Positions 32,183 through 42,529 of a stretch of DNA of 64,000 nt are shown here, piece after piece. The notes under the pieces are model-generated. The model made no database searches. It worked only from the letters and a program-made list of their open reading frames with translations, and had not been told where the DNA came from. This DNA is from an uncultured SAR86 cluster bacterium. Its GTDB lineage: Bacteria; Pseudomonadota; Gammaproteobacteria; Magnimaribacterales; AG-339-G14. The position numbers and the translations under genes were made by a program. The stretch spans positions 18,003-82,002 of the forward strand of contig CACJNS010000002.1 in NCBI GenBank assembly GCA_902594855.1, written 5' to 3'. Numbering within the stretch: the first letter of the stretch is position 1; each line of letters begins with the position of its first letter.

Positions 32183-32983
32183 TTATTTATTAAGTTCATC
32201 ATATATCGGAGACTTGTCTAAACTTCTTGTTACAAAAAACTTACAGTTAGTCGGAACTTTCGTTGCAATTGTATACGCCTCTTCTGAAGAATTAAAATTT
32301 AAATACATTGAAGAGCCAGTTCCAGATAATTCTACAGTTCCATATTGAGACATGAGGTTAAAAATTTCATTTATTTCTGGGTATACTTTTCTTGCAAAAT
32401 ACTCAAAATCATTTTTTAAATGTTTTGGAAAATCTGTCTTATTTTCTTCATAAAACTTGAATGCATCAGCCGTGGATATTTTTATATCTGGATAGATAAT
32501 TAAATAATAGTTTGCCTCTATTTCAATATTTTCAAGTAATTCGCCTCTTCCTTTAGCAACAGAATTTTCTCCTTTTATGAAAAAAGGAACATCGCTTCCT
32601 AGACTAAGTCCAATTTTTAATAACTTACTGTCTGGTAAATTTAATTTAAAAAGTTTATTTAGAGCGATCAATGTAGAGGCACAATTTGAACTTCCACCCC
32701 CTAAGCCTGCACCAATTGGTATATTTTTCTGTACTTTAAATGAGAAATCAGATTTTTCATGGCATAAGTTTTTCATCAAAAAATAAGCTTTTGTAATTAG
32801 ATTATCTTCAGTTTTAATCTCATCATTATTGATGTTAAGTTGGAAATTTTTACTTTCTTTTATTTCAAGATAATCATACAAAGATATTAATCTGAACTCA
32901 GTTTCAAGATCATGATAGCCATCAGGTCTCTTTGAATTTATTTTCAGACCAATGTTTAACTTCGCTGGACAGGAAACTTTCAT
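32183..32983 (-). CDS. ispE: 4-diphosphocytidyl-2-C-methyl-D-erythritol kinase
   Basis: PAKLN, GYHDLET, KNIPIGAGLGGGSS, LGSDVPF and SGTGS motifs. Confidence 0.96.
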   Translation of the reverse strand: MKVSCPAKLNIGLKINSKRPDGYHDLETEFRLISLYDYLEIKESKNFQLNINNDEIKTEDNLITKAYFLMKNLCHEKSDFSFKVQKNIPIGAGLGGGSSNCASTLIALNKLFKLNLPDSKLLKIGLSLGSDVPFFIKGENSVAKGRGELLENIEIEANYYLIIYPDIKISTADAFKFYEENKTDFPKHLKNDFEYFARKVYPEINEIFNLMSQYGTVELSGTGSSMYLNFNSSEEAYTIATKVPTNCKFFVTRSLDKSPIYDELNK

Positions 32984-33495
32984 TTATTTATCAAAATCTT
33001 AAGTTTATAAAATGGATTAGTTGCAACTAATTTATCCGTATCTTCTTGAGCGTCGGATATTTTTTCAACAAGGATAGAATCTTCTATTATTTCTAGAAGT
33101 TTGCAGTCTCCAGATAAGCAATCTCTGTAGTACCAATCCACTACAGAATAAAGTGTAAAAATTAATTTATCATTCTTTTGAATTATTTCTTCTGCTTTGC
33201 TTCTAAAGGAATTATTGACTAGTAATTGATATGTATTTTTATTTTTGAACACAAGGCTGAATTTTGGATAGAACCTACTACTTTTAAAATTTATTATTAA
33301 TTTTTCTTTTTGTTTTAAAAAACTGACTTTTCCGTTAAGGAAAGATTCACTTGTTGTAAATGAAAAATTTGCATCTAAAAAATCTCTATCATTTTTTGAA
33401 GTAATTAAGTCATCTTTAACAGTTGCACAAGATGAAAGATAGGATACTAAAATAAAAATAAGTAGAATTGACCTCAGGATTGAATTTTTATTCAT
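32980..33495 (-). CDS. outer-membrane lipoprotein, probably a highly diverged LolB
   Basis: Lipobox-like LSSC. Position directly upstream of ispE is the usual lolB site, but the sequence is not clearly recognisable. Confidence 0.5.
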   Translation of the reverse strand: MNKNSILRSILLIFILVSYLSSCATVKDDLITSKNDRDFLDANFSFTTSESFLNGKVSFLKQKEKLIINFKSSRFYPKFSLVFKNKNTYQLLVNNSFRSKAEEIIQKNDKLIFTLYSVVDWYYRDCLSGDCKLLEIIEDSILVEKISDAQEDTDKLVATNPFYKLKILINK

Positions 33496-33513
33496 CTTTT
33501 AAAAATTTTATAA

Positions 33514-34605
33514 ATGTTAGATTCAATAAAAACAAGATTAACTGAGATTAAGGATAATTTCTCTGATATTCAGACTAAATTGAGTATGCCAGATGTAATA
33601 AATGATCAAAAGCAGTATGCATCTTTATCGAAAGAATATTCTAATTTAAAACCTATTGTAGAAAAATTCGAAGAGTACATTCAGTGCGAAAGCAATATCT
33701 CAAGTGCTGAAGAAGTCCTTAATGAATCTGATATAGATTTAGCGGAGTTAGCAAAAGAGGAAATTAAAGAAAATAACGAAAGAATTTCTGAGATTGAAAT
33801 AGAGCTGAAGAATCTTCTTATACCAGTTGATGAGAATGATGATAAAAATGTTTTTGTTGAAGTTAGAGCCGGAACCGGTGGCGATGAGGCAGCACTTTTT
33901 GTTGGAGACCTTTATAGAATGTATCTAAGGCTAGCAGAAAGAAATAGATGGAAGAGTGACCTTATTTCGTCAAGAGAAAGCGAGCAAGGTGGATTTAAAG
34001 AAGTTGTAATAAAAATTTCTGGAGAGAATGTTTATAAAAAATTGAAGTTTGAATCTGGGATACATCGTGTTCAAAGAGTTCCTTCAACTGAATCACAAGG
34101 AAGAATTCATACCTCAGCATGCTCGGTAGCTGTTCTTGCAGAAATAGAAGATGTTGAAGAAGTCGAGATAGATAAGTCTGAAATCAGAACTGACACTTTT
34201 CGTGCCTCTGGTGCAGGAGGACAGCATGTTAATAAGACAGATTCAGCTGTGAGGTTAACCCACATTCCGACCGGAATAGTCGTTGAATGCCAGGATGATA
34301 GGTCTCAACATAAGAATAAAGCAAAAGCACTTACTTTGCTTGGTGCAAAGCTCAAAGCAATGGCAGAACAAGAACTAACTCAAGAGCAAGCTGAAAAAAG
34401 AAAAAATATGGTTGGGTCAGGAGATCGATCTGAAAAAATTAGAACATATAATTTTCCTCAAAGTAGAATCACTGATCATAGAATTGAATTTTCGGTTCAT
34501 AATTTGGATGGTTTCCTCGATGGTGAAATGGAAATCATGATCTCAACGTTATTGGAAGAAAATCAAGCTAGATTATTATCAAACCTTGAAAAAACATTCT
34601 CGTGA
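33514..34605 (+). CDS. prfA: peptide chain release factor 1
   Basis: GGQ motif (GAGGQHVN), PST specificity tripeptide, RTYNFPQ. Confidence 0.98.
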   Translation: MLDSIKTRLTEIKDNFSDIQTKLSMPDVINDQKQYASLSKEYSNLKPIVEKFEEYIQCESNISSAEEVLNESDIDLAELAKEEIKENNERISEIEIELKNLLIPVDENDDKNVFVEVRAGTGGDEAALFVGDLYRMYLRLAERNRWKSDLISSRESEQGGFKEVVIKISGENVYKKLKFESGIHRVQRVPSTESQGRIHTSACSVAVLAEIEDVEEVEIDKSEIRTDTFRASGAGGQHVNKTDSAVRLTHIPTGIVVECQDDRSQHKNKAKALTLLGAKLKAMAEQELTQEQAEKRKNMVGSGDRSEKIRTYNFPQSRITDHRIEFSVHNLDGFLDGEMEIMISTLLEENQARLLSNLEKTFS

Positions 34606-35408
34606 CGAATCTTCGAAAGTTATTTTCAATTTCTAACCTGCCAACATTAGATAAGGAACTGATTTTGTGTCACATCCTCAAAATTGAAAGAGTTGATCTT
34701 TATAAAAAGTCTGATATTGAAATTCAAGATAAAACAAACAAAGCCTTTACCGACCTTGTAAAGAAGAGAGAAGAAGGTTTTCCTTTGGCATACATAACAG
34801 GCATAAAACCTTTCTGGAATGATGAATTTCAGGTTAATGAAAGTACGTTAATCCCAAGACCAGAGTCAGAATTATTAGTAGAAACAGCCATCTCTTTTGA
34901 TTTAGAGAATTGTTCACTTCTTGAGCTTGGAACAGGATCTGGAGCTATAGGTATGTCTATAGCTAAAGAAAAGCCTTTTTGGACTTGTACCTTAACAGAT
35001 AAAAGTTTTGAAGCTTTATCTGTTGCGAGAGAAAATATGAAAGCTCTAAATCTAAAAAACTCTCTTCTAGTTCAGCATGATTGGCATAAAAGATGGCTTT
35101 TTGAGCCTATGGATTTGATAATTTCTAATCCACCATATATTTATCGTAATGATTTAGATGGTGATGAGGATGGAATTTGGTTTGAGCCACCATCAGCACT
35201 TTTTTCTGAGAAAAAGGGACTGGCTGACATTAGTACAATCGTAAAAAAAAGTGTTACTTTCTTAAAAGAAAATGGGAAGTTGCTTTTAGAACATGGATTT
35301 GATCAGAAGGATCCAATTAATAAAATGGCAAATCAAAATGACTACAGTGATGTTTCTTTTTTAAAAGATTTGAATGGAAAATGGAGAGTAGCGTGTCTAA
35401 CCAAGTGA
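34602..35408 (+). CDS. prmC: release factor glutamine methyltransferase (GTG start)
   Basis: [23 protein letters not shown] and SNPPY motifs. Confidence 0.96.
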   Translation: MTNLRKLFSISNLPTLDKELILCHILKIERVDLYKKSDIEIQDKTNKAFTDLVKKREEGFPLAYITGIKPFWNDEFQVNESTLIPRPESELLVETAISFDLENCSLLELGTGSGAIGMSIAKEKPFWTCTLTDKSFEALSVARENMKALNLKNSLLVQHDWHKRWLFEPMDLIISNPPYIYRNDLDGDEDGIWFEPPSALFSEKKGLADISTIVKKSVTFLKENGKLLLEHGFDQKDPINKMANQNDYSDVSFLKDLNGKWRVACLTK

Positions 35409-36151
35409 ACTTTAGTGAAAAAGAGCTGATGAAATACAGCAGAAACATCATGCTTACTGACATAGGGGTTGAGGGACAAAAGCTACTAAAAAATTCTACT
35501 GTCACGATTATTGGGGTTGGTGGTTTGGGTTGTGCCTGCTCGCAGTATCTGGTTGCAAGCGGAATTGGTAACTTAAACCTCTTTGATCCTGACCAAGTTG
35601 ATCTAAGTAACTTACAAAGGCAAATTTTATTTCGTGAAGAGGACTTAAATGCTTTTAAAGTCGATGCTGCAGTTATATCTTTACTGAGACTTAATCCTGA
35701 TGTGAATATAAAAAAATTCAGACAAAGTTTTGAAAAAAATAGTGTTCCTGATGAAATAACAAAGAGCGAAATTGTTATAGATTGTTCTGATAATTTTGAA
35801 ACAAGAAGGTATACAAATAATTTTTGTTATAAAAATAAAATACCCTTAATTTCAGGTTCATGCATTCAGTGGAAAGGGCAGCTTATGAAATTTGATTTCC
35901 AAAATGATAGTGCATGTTATGAATGCTTATTCGAAGATACATCTTCGGAAGACTTAAGCTGCACAGAATCAGCAATATTTTCTCCAATAGTAGGGATAAT
36001 TGGGTCAATGTTAGCTTCAGAATCAATAAAAACAATTACTAAGATATCCAAGAAATGCCAAATTTTCCAAGATTATGATTTCAAAGATAATTTAAGCAGG
36101 GAAATATCTTTTAAAAAAAATAACCAATGTAAAATTTGTGGTAAGTGTTAA
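35381..36151 (+). CDS. moeB: MoeB/ThiF-family E1-like adenylyltransferase
   Basis: YSRNIML, GVGGLG and SNLQRQ motifs, CYEC and CKIC zinc ligands, and a crossover-loop Cys. Confidence 0.85.
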   Translation: MESSVSNQVNFSEKELMKYSRNIMLTDIGVEGQKLLKNSTVTIIGVGGLGCACSQYLVASGIGNLNLFDPDQVDLSNLQRQILFREEDLNAFKVDAAVISLLRLNPDVNIKKFRQSFEKNSVPDEITKSEIVIDCSDNFETRRYTNNFCYKNKIPLISGSCIQWKGQLMKFDFQNDSACYECLFEDTSSEDLSCTESAIFSPIVGIIGSMLASESIKTITKISKKCQIFQDYDFKDNLSREISFKKNNQCKICGKC

Positions 36152-37209
36152 TGATGAAAATCAGAGGATTCATAGAAGGTTTTTATAATAGAAAGCCAAA
36201 AAAGAACGATTATGGTTTTGAGAATAGTAATATTACCCATTACATTTATGCGCCAAAAGAAGATTCTTACATCAGACAAAAATGGCGATTAAAAGATAAA
36301 TCTCTTGAAGCACGAAGCATTCCCAAAAATATAGCTCAAGTATATACATTATCTCCAGGAGCAGACTTTAATAGAAAATCTAAGAAGGATTTTAACTTTC
36401 TGCTTTCAAAGTTTAATTTTGCCATTAATAAAGGATTTTCCGAGGTAGGTTTATTGTTTGATGATATTGATATAAATAACATTGGAATAGAATCTGATGA
36501 TAAGGATTTAGGTAAATTTCACGGCGAATTAATTTCAGAGGTAACTACTAAGTTGGGTCTTAGTAATGGATGGTTTTGTCCATCAATTTATTGCGAAAGC
36601 TTTTCTAAAAAAGGAATTCAAAATGATAAGTATCTCGAAGGAGTATCAGAAACCATAAATAATGATTTATTTTTTCTTTGGACGGGTCCAAAAGTAATTA
36701 GCAATTTTATTTCTCAAGACCACCTCAAAGAGCTAGGTCAAGTAATAAAGAATCCTGTGGTTATTTGGGATAATTTTTATGCAAACGATTATTGTCCTAC
36801 AAGGCTTTTTTTAGGCGATATTACGGGCAGGGATTTTTTTAGAGGTAATCCTTATGGACACGTTATTAATGGCACCGGACTCATAAACACTGATGAATTT
36901 TTAACAGGTAAAGTTTTTGATAAGAAAAAAAAGATAAATTTACCCAGTGAACTGCTGCCTTTATTTGATAGTCCATTCAAAAATATCAAGAAATCTGAAA
37001 TCAATAAAATGATTAGAAATTTTAAAGGTATTAAGAAAGCAGTTTTTGAGACTACAGATGATAATTTGTTTTTGGAATGGAAACCTTATTTAGTGCAAGC
37101 CTTAAACGATATAGAGCTAATAAAAAATTTTAAATCTAAGCAGACTATTGAAACTTACTTGCATCGAAGATATTCTCCATTAGTAAGTCAGACTTTCAAT
37201 AAATATTAA
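36151..37209 (+). CDS. GH84-family beta-N-acetylglucosaminidase (O-GlcNAcase-like), no signal peptide
   Basis: GFIEGFY, YIYAPKED, catalytic LLFDDI, CPSIY, WTGPKV and WDNFYANDY motifs. Start placed at ATG 36151 (TAATG with moeB). Confidence 0.85.
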   Translation: MMKIRGFIEGFYNRKPKKNDYGFENSNITHYIYAPKEDSYIRQKWRLKDKSLEARSIPKNIAQVYTLSPGADFNRKSKKDFNFLLSKFNFAINKGFSEVGLLFDDIDINNIGIESDDKDLGKFHGELISEVTTKLGLSNGWFCPSIYCESFSKKGIQNDKYLEGVSETINNDLFFLWTGPKVISNFISQDHLKELGQVIKNPVVIWDNFYANDYCPTRLFLGDITGRDFFRGNPYGHVINGTGLINTDEFLTGKVFDKKKKINLPSELLPLFDSPFKNIKKSEINKMIRNFKGIKKAVFETTDDNLFLEWKPYLVQALNDIELIKNFKSKQTIETYLHRRYSPLVSQTFNKY

Positions 37210-37224
37210 TCAAAAGAGGTAATA

Positions 37225-38850
37225 ATGCTGGGTAATATGATGACTGAACCTTTGCTCATTTCAGGAATTCTTGAGCATGCAATTCAAAATAATTCTAAAA
37301 CTGAAATAGTAAGCAAGAGAGTTGAAGGAGACATTCATAGATATTCTATTTTAGATGCTGCAAAAAGATCAAAGCAGCTTGCCAATGCTTTAGTTAACTT
37401 AGGAGTTAAAGAAGGCGATGTTCTCGGCACAATGGCTGTCAATGGCTACCGACATTTTGAACTTTATTTTGGAATCTCTGGGATTGGAGCAGTATTGCAT
37501 ACTTTAAACCCCAGGCTTTTTCCGGAGCAGATAGATTTCATTGTTAATCATGCTGAAGACAAGTATCTTTTCATTGATCTTCCTTTTATACCAATAATTG
37601 AGGCAGTAGCTAAAAATTTAAAAAATGTGAAAGGCTTCATTGTTTTATGTGATAAAGAAAACCTTCCCAAAGATTCCAAGCTAGAAAATTTGATTTGTTA
37701 CGAAGAGTTAATTAAAGATGAAAGTGAAGAGTTTGATTGGCCAACTTTTGACGAAAACACAGCATCTTCTTTGTGTTATACGTCTGGCACAACAGGAAAT
37801 CCAAAAGGAGTTCTTTATTCTCATAGATCTACAATACTTCATGCTTGGTACTCAAGTGCAGGAAATGCAATGAATTTAACTTCAAAAAGTGTGGTCCTCC
37901 CTGTGGTTCCAATGTTTCACGTTAATGCCTGGGGAGTTCCTTATGCAGCTAGTATGCTTGGGTGTAAATTAGTATTTCCTGGTCCTTTCACTGATGGAGA
38001 GTCTATTTACAACTTGATTAACGATGAAGGAGTAAATAATTTGCTTGGTGTTCCCACAGTATGGCTCGGATTACTAAATTATTTAGATGAAAAGGACATT
38101 ACCCTAAAAAATGTAAATTCAGTATTGGTAGGTGGATCTGCCGCTCCAAAGTCGATGATAAAAGACTTCCAAGAAAAACATAACGTTTTTCTTTTGCATG
38201 GGTGGGGAATGACTGAAATGAGTCCTCTGGGGACATTAAATCAAGATACAGCAGAGATGGATTTAATGGAGTTAGATGATCGTTATGAGCTTCAAACCAG
38301 TCAAGGAAGAGCAATATATGGATGCCAAATTAAAATTGTTAATGATGAAGGAAATACTTTACCTAACGATGGGAAAACTTTTGGCAGGTTAATGGTTAAA
38401 GGACCAGCAATAATTGAAAGATATTACAAGTCATCAGAGAGCGCTTTAGAAAATGGTTGGTTTGATACTGGAGATGTATCAACTATTTCGCCAGACGGAT
38501 ACATGAGGATAGTAGATAGGAGTAAGGATGTAATCAAGTCTGGAGGTGAGTGGATAAGTTCTATTGACCTAGAAAATACCGCCCTCGGATGCCCTGGAGT
38601 TTTAGAAGCATGTGTCGTTGGAGTTGCTCACGAAAAATGGGATGAGAGACCTCTACTGTTTGTTGTTAAAAATTCTGACGAATGTACAAAAGAATCTGTT
38701 TTGGAGTATCTTTCTGATAAAGTTGCAAAGTGGTGGTTGCCTGATGATGTGATCTTCATTGATGAGTTACCTCACGGAGCAACCGGAAAACTATTGAAAA
38801 CAGGTTTAAGAGAAGATTATAAAAATCATTTAATTACGAAAGGAGATTGA
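37225..38850 (+). CDS. acyl-CoA ligase of the DmdB (3-methylmercaptopropionate-CoA)/medium-long-chain fatty acid family
   Basis: [51 protein letters not shown] and ATGK motifs. Confidence 0.9.
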   Translation: MLGNMMTEPLLISGILEHAIQNNSKTEIVSKRVEGDIHRYSILDAAKRSKQLANALVNLGVKEGDVLGTMAVNGYRHFELYFGISGIGAVLHTLNPRLFPEQIDFIVNHAEDKYLFIDLPFIPIIEAVAKNLKNVKGFIVLCDKENLPKDSKLENLICYEELIKDESEEFDWPTFDENTASSLCYTSGTTGNPKGVLYSHRSTILHAWYSSAGNAMNLTSKSVVLPVVPMFHVNAWGVPYAASMLGCKLVFPGPFTDGESIYNLINDEGVNNLLGVPTVWLGLLNYLDEKDITLKNVNSVLVGGSAAPKSMIKDFQEKHNVFLLHGWGMTEMSPLGTLNQDTAEMDLMELDDRYELQTSQGRAIYGCQIKIVNDEGNTLPNDGKTFGRLMVKGPAIIERYYKSSESALENGWFDTGDVSTISPDGYMRIVDRSKDVIKSGGEWISSIDLENTALGCPGVLEACVVGVAHEKWDERPLLFVVKNSDECTKESVLEYLSDKVAKWWLPDDVIFIDELPHGATGKLLKTGLREDYKNHLITKGD

Positions 38851-38851
38851 A

Positions 38852-39304
38852 ATGGCGGGATTAGTACCAGCAGATACTTTAAAAGATTACATAGGAAAAG
38901 ACATGGGTACATCAGATTGGTTGGAAATTGATCAAGAGAGAATAAATCAATTTGCTGATGTAACGTTAGATCATCAATTCATTCATGTCGATGAAGAAAA
39001 GGCAACACCATTATTCGGTTCCACTATTGCTCATGGTTTTCTTTCATTATCTTTGATGGCTGGAATGCCTGCTCCTCAAGTAGCTCCAGATAATATGAAA
39101 ATGGCTTTTAATTATGGTTTAGATAAGGTTAGATTTCTAACTCCTGTAAATGTTGGCTCAAAAGTTCGAACAAAAGCTACTTTGTTATCTGTAGATGATA
39201 AAGGAGATGGAAGGTATCTAGTTAAAAATGAAATAAAAATGGAAATTGAAGGGCAAGAAAAACCAGCATATATAGCTGAAGCTCTTACTATGTATGTGAC
39301 TTAG
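38852..39304 (+). CDS. MaoC-family (R)-enoyl-CoA hydratase/dehydratase
   Basis: FADVTLDHQFIHVD hydratase-2 motif, TIAHGFLSLSL and NYGLDKVRF. Confidence 0.9.
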   Translation: MAGLVPADTLKDYIGKDMGTSDWLEIDQERINQFADVTLDHQFIHVDEEKATPLFGSTIAHGFLSLSLMAGMPAPQVAPDNMKMAFNYGLDKVRFLTPVNVGSKVRTKATLLSVDDKGDGRYLVKNEIKMEIEGQEKPAYIAEALTMYVT

Positions 39305-40740
39305 ACTAATTTCTTTTTTAGAATCTCATTTACCAGCTTAGGATTGGCCTTGCCCTTGGATTCTTTCATTACCTGGCCCACAAAGAATCCGAATAAACGA
39401 TCTTTTCCAGAAAGAAACTGCTCTTTTTGATCAGGGTTATTATTTATAACTTTTTCTATTATCTCTTCAATCTCGTTGTCGTCTGATATTTGCTCTAAAC
39501 CCAGGTCTTGAATGCTTTTGGAAACCGATAAATCTGGATTTTCCCATATGTTTTCCAGAACCTTTTTCGTAGCTTGTCCAGAGATTTTTTCTTCCTTGAG
39601 ATAAGTCAGTAGTTCGGCGAATTTGACTGCATCAACTTTTGAGTCTTTAGCCTCTACGTCAAATTTATTTAATATGGCTGAGAAGTCTCCTAATATCCAA
39701 TTTGTCACAAGCTTAGGATCATCAATATTAACCAAGGTTTTTTCAAAGAAATCTGCAAGTTCTAGATCATATGTAAGATTCCTCGCATCATATTCTGATA
39801 GACCTAATTCATTTATAAATCTTTCTTTTTTCTCATCAGGCAGTTCTGGTAATTCATTTTTGATTCTTTGGATTTGATCAGATGTTATTTGAATAGGGAT
39901 TATGTCTGGTTCAGGAAAATATCTATAATCGTTAGCTTCCTCTTTCGATCTCATTGATCTAGTGGTGTTATTTATTGCATCATACAGCCTAGTCTCTTGA
40001 ATAATTTCTTCTCCTTTCTCCAAACAAGAAATTTGGCGTTTTATTTCAAAATTAATTGCTTTTTCGACAAATTTGAAAGAATTTATATTTTTAAGTTCTG
40101 TTCTTGTACCTAATTTTTCATCACCTTTCTTCCTTATAGAGACATTTGCATCGCATCTCATTGAACCTTGAGACATATTTCCATCAGAAATTTCCAAAGC
40201 ACAAACTATAGAATGAATTTTTTTTAAGTAAGCAACCGCTTCTTCAGCATTCGACATATCTGGCTCAGAGACAATTTCCAATAAAGGTGTGCCAGCTCTA
40301 TTAAGATCAATCGCAGTCTCATTTTCAAATAGATCATGTATCGACTTGCCCGCATCTTCTTCGAGATGAGCTCTTGTGATTCCAATAGTTTTGATCTCTT
40401 GATCTCTTAGTTGAATTTCAATTGATCCTTTGCCAACTATTGGATCATCAAGTTGACTTATTTGATATCCTTTTGGTAAATCAGGATAAAAATAGTTTTT
40501 TCTAGCAAAGCCTACTTTCTCAGCAATCTCTGCATTGATTGCAACTCCAAACTTAATTGCCTTTTCAATGGCTTTTTCATTTAAAACTGGAAGAGTGCCA
40601 GGCATGCCAAGATCAACTTCGCATGCTTGCAGATTTTGATCAGATCCAAATTTAGTAGGAGCATTAGAAAATATTTTAGATTCTGAATTCAACTGAACAT
40701 GAATTTCTAGTCCGATAACACTTTCCCAATTGTTTGTCAT
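39301..40740 (-). CDS. gatB: Asp/Glu-tRNA amidotransferase subunit B
   Basis: IGLEIHVQL, YFYPDLPKGYQISQ, HLEEDAGK and YRYFPEPD motifs. Confidence 0.98.
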   Translation of the reverse strand: MTNNWESVIGLEIHVQLNSESKIFSNAPTKFGSDQNLQACEVDLGMPGTLPVLNEKAIEKAIKFGVAINAEIAEKVGFARKNYFYPDLPKGYQISQLDDPIVGKGSIEIQLRDQEIKTIGITRAHLEEDAGKSIHDLFENETAIDLNRAGTPLLEIVSEPDMSNAEEAVAYLKKIHSIVCALEISDGNMSQGSMRCDANVSIRKKGDEKLGTRTELKNINSFKFVEKAINFEIKRQISCLEKGEEIIQETRLYDAINNTTRSMRSKEEANDYRYFPEPDIIPIQITSDQIQRIKNELPELPDEKKERFINELGLSEYDARNLTYDLELADFFEKTLVNIDDPKLVTNWILGDFSAILNKFDVEAKDSKVDAVKFAELLTYLKEEKISGQATKKVLENIWENPDLSVSKSIQDLGLEQISDDNEIEEIIEKVINNNPDQKEQFLSGKDRLFGFFVGQVMKESKGKANPKLVNEILKKKLV

Positions 40741-42161
40741 TTTTCACCTAACTGAAATTTATTTGAAATATTTAGAAGAGAGGACTCCTCTAAAATGTTC
40801 CCTATGAATTGTATTCCAAGGGGCATATTATTCTTTTCTCCAAATGGTACAGATGTAGCAGGCAAACCTCCAAGGTTTGCAGGAATAGTAAAAATATCCT
40901 GTTTATACATTTCAACAGGATCAGTTATTGAACCTAAATCAAAAGCTTCTCCAGATGTTGTAGGTAACATTACTGAAGTAACATCTTTGAATGCATTAAC
41001 AAAATCACTTGAAATCAGGTTTCTAATCTTTTGTGCCTTTTTGTAGTAAGCGTCGTAAAATCCTGAAGATAAGCAATAAGTTCCTATAAGTATCCTTTTT
41101 TTTGTTTCGTTTCCAAAACCTTCTCCTCTAGATTTAAAATATAGATCTTCGAGATTTTCAACGTTCTCAGCTCTGTATCCAAACCTGATCCCATCATATC
41201 TAGCTAAGTTAGCTGAACATTCAGCAGGGGCTATTACGTAATAAACGGGTAATGATAATTCTAAATTTGGTAATTCAATCTCTTTCGTCTTAATTTTTAA
41301 TTTTTCTAGCCTCTCGATGGCTTCGCCATAATTTTTTGATAAATCTTCATCTCCAAAAGAATGAATTAAATCAGTAACCAAACCAACAACATGCTCAAAT
41401 TCACTTGATTCACAATCTTCAGAAAAATTGGGAACTTCCGCTTTTATCGAAGTAGCATCTTTTGAGTCATACCCTGATATGCATTCAAGAGCAATCGCCG
41501 CATCTTTAATATTTTTTGCAAGTATTCCTCCCTGATCAAGACTTGATGCAAAGGCAATCATTCCATACCTAGATACTCTTCCGTAGGTTGGCTTAATTCC
41601 TGCTATACCGCAGAATGAAGCGGGTTGTCTGATAGATCCTCCTGTGTCAGTTCCAGTTGAAAAGCTACTGAAGTTTGCGGCAACCGCTGCTGCAGATCCT
41701 CCAGAAGAACCTCCTGGAGTTTTTTTAATGTTAAGCGGATTTTTTACTGCCCCATAAAAGCTTGTTTCATTTGAAGATCCCATCGCAAATTCATCCATGT
41801 TTGCCTTTCCTAGACAAATTGATCCAGCTTGTTCTAACTTTTCTACAACTGTTGCCGAGTAGGGAGGATAAAAATTATCCAACATTTTTGATCCACATGA
41901 TGTTTTGATCCCTTTAGTACAAAAAATGTCTTTGTGTACCATTGGTATTCCATTCAATGGAAAATCTTCTTGGCTCTTTTTGGACCCATCAGACTTTTTT
42001 GCTTCCTCAAGCGCTTTTTCAAAATCATTGGATACAAAGATATTGAGATCTTCTTTATCTTCTATTACCGAAATATAATTTTCTACCAGCTCTACGGAAG
42101 AAAATTTCTTTTCTCTTAAGCCATCTATCTGCTCTTGAAGTGTTAATGTTTCCAAATTCAT
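40737..42161 (-). CDS. gatA: Asp/Glu-tRNA amidotransferase subunit A
   Basis: Amidase signature GGSSGGS, GTDTGGSIRQPA. Confidence 0.98.
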   Translation of the reverse strand: MNLETLTLQEQIDGLREKKFSSVELVENYISVIEDKEDLNIFVSNDFEKALEEAKKSDGSKKSQEDFPLNGIPMVHKDIFCTKGIKTSCGSKMLDNFYPPYSATVVEKLEQAGSICLGKANMDEFAMGSSNETSFYGAVKNPLNIKKTPGGSSGGSAAAVAANFSSFSTGTDTGGSIRQPASFCGIAGIKPTYGRVSRYGMIAFASSLDQGGILAKNIKDAAIALECISGYDSKDATSIKAEVPNFSEDCESSEFEHVVGLVTDLIHSFGDEDLSKNYGEAIERLEKLKIKTKEIELPNLELSLPVYYVIAPAECSANLARYDGIRFGYRAENVENLEDLYFKSRGEGFGNETKKRILIGTYCLSSGFYDAYYKKAQKIRNLISSDFVNAFKDVTSVMLPTTSGEAFDLGSITDPVEMYKQDIFTIPANLGGLPATSVPFGEKNNMPLGIQFIGNILEESSLLNISNKFQLGEK

Positions 42162-42449
42162 TTATTCAATAACTTTAGGCACGAGGTAAAATCCGTCTTC
42201 AGTTTTATTTGAAGTTTTTTGAAGACTTTCTCTGTTGATATCTTTAGAAACTACATCTTCTCTTAAATTAAAATTATTTTTTATTGGATGACTTAGTTCT
42301 TCTATTTGATCGCAATCAATTTTATTGATTTTATCAATCATATTCATCGTCAAATTAAGATCTTCCTTCAATTTATCTCTCAGATTATCGTCAATTTTAA
42401 TCTTAGATAATTTCGAAAGATTTTCTAAAGTCTTATCATTTATTGTCAT
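42162..42449 (-). CDS. gatC: Asp/Glu-tRNA amidotransferase subunit C
   Basis: LREDVV...FYLVPKVIE; first gene of gatCAB. Confidence 0.92.
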   Translation of the reverse strand: MTINDKTLENLSKLSKIKIDDNLRDKLKEDLNLTMNMIDKINKIDCDQIEELSHPIKNNFNLREDVVSKDINRESLQKTSNKTEDGFYLVPKVIE

Positions 42450-42478
42450 TTTTTTAAATTTTATTTTATTGCTATTTC

Positions 42479-42507
42479 TTGCCCCTTCGACACAGCATTG
42501 ATACGAT
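42479..42507 (+). promoter_or_regulatory. sigma70-like promoter for mreBCD
   Basis: TTGCCC (42479-42484), 17 nt, TACGAT (42502-42507). Confidence 0.55.
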
Positions 42508-42529
42508 TCGCTTATAAAACGAGAAACTA

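Noticed and set aside
32103-32348. 81-aa [16 protein letters not shown]
   Set aside because: Reverse-complement reading of tRNA-Gln and the end of ispE.
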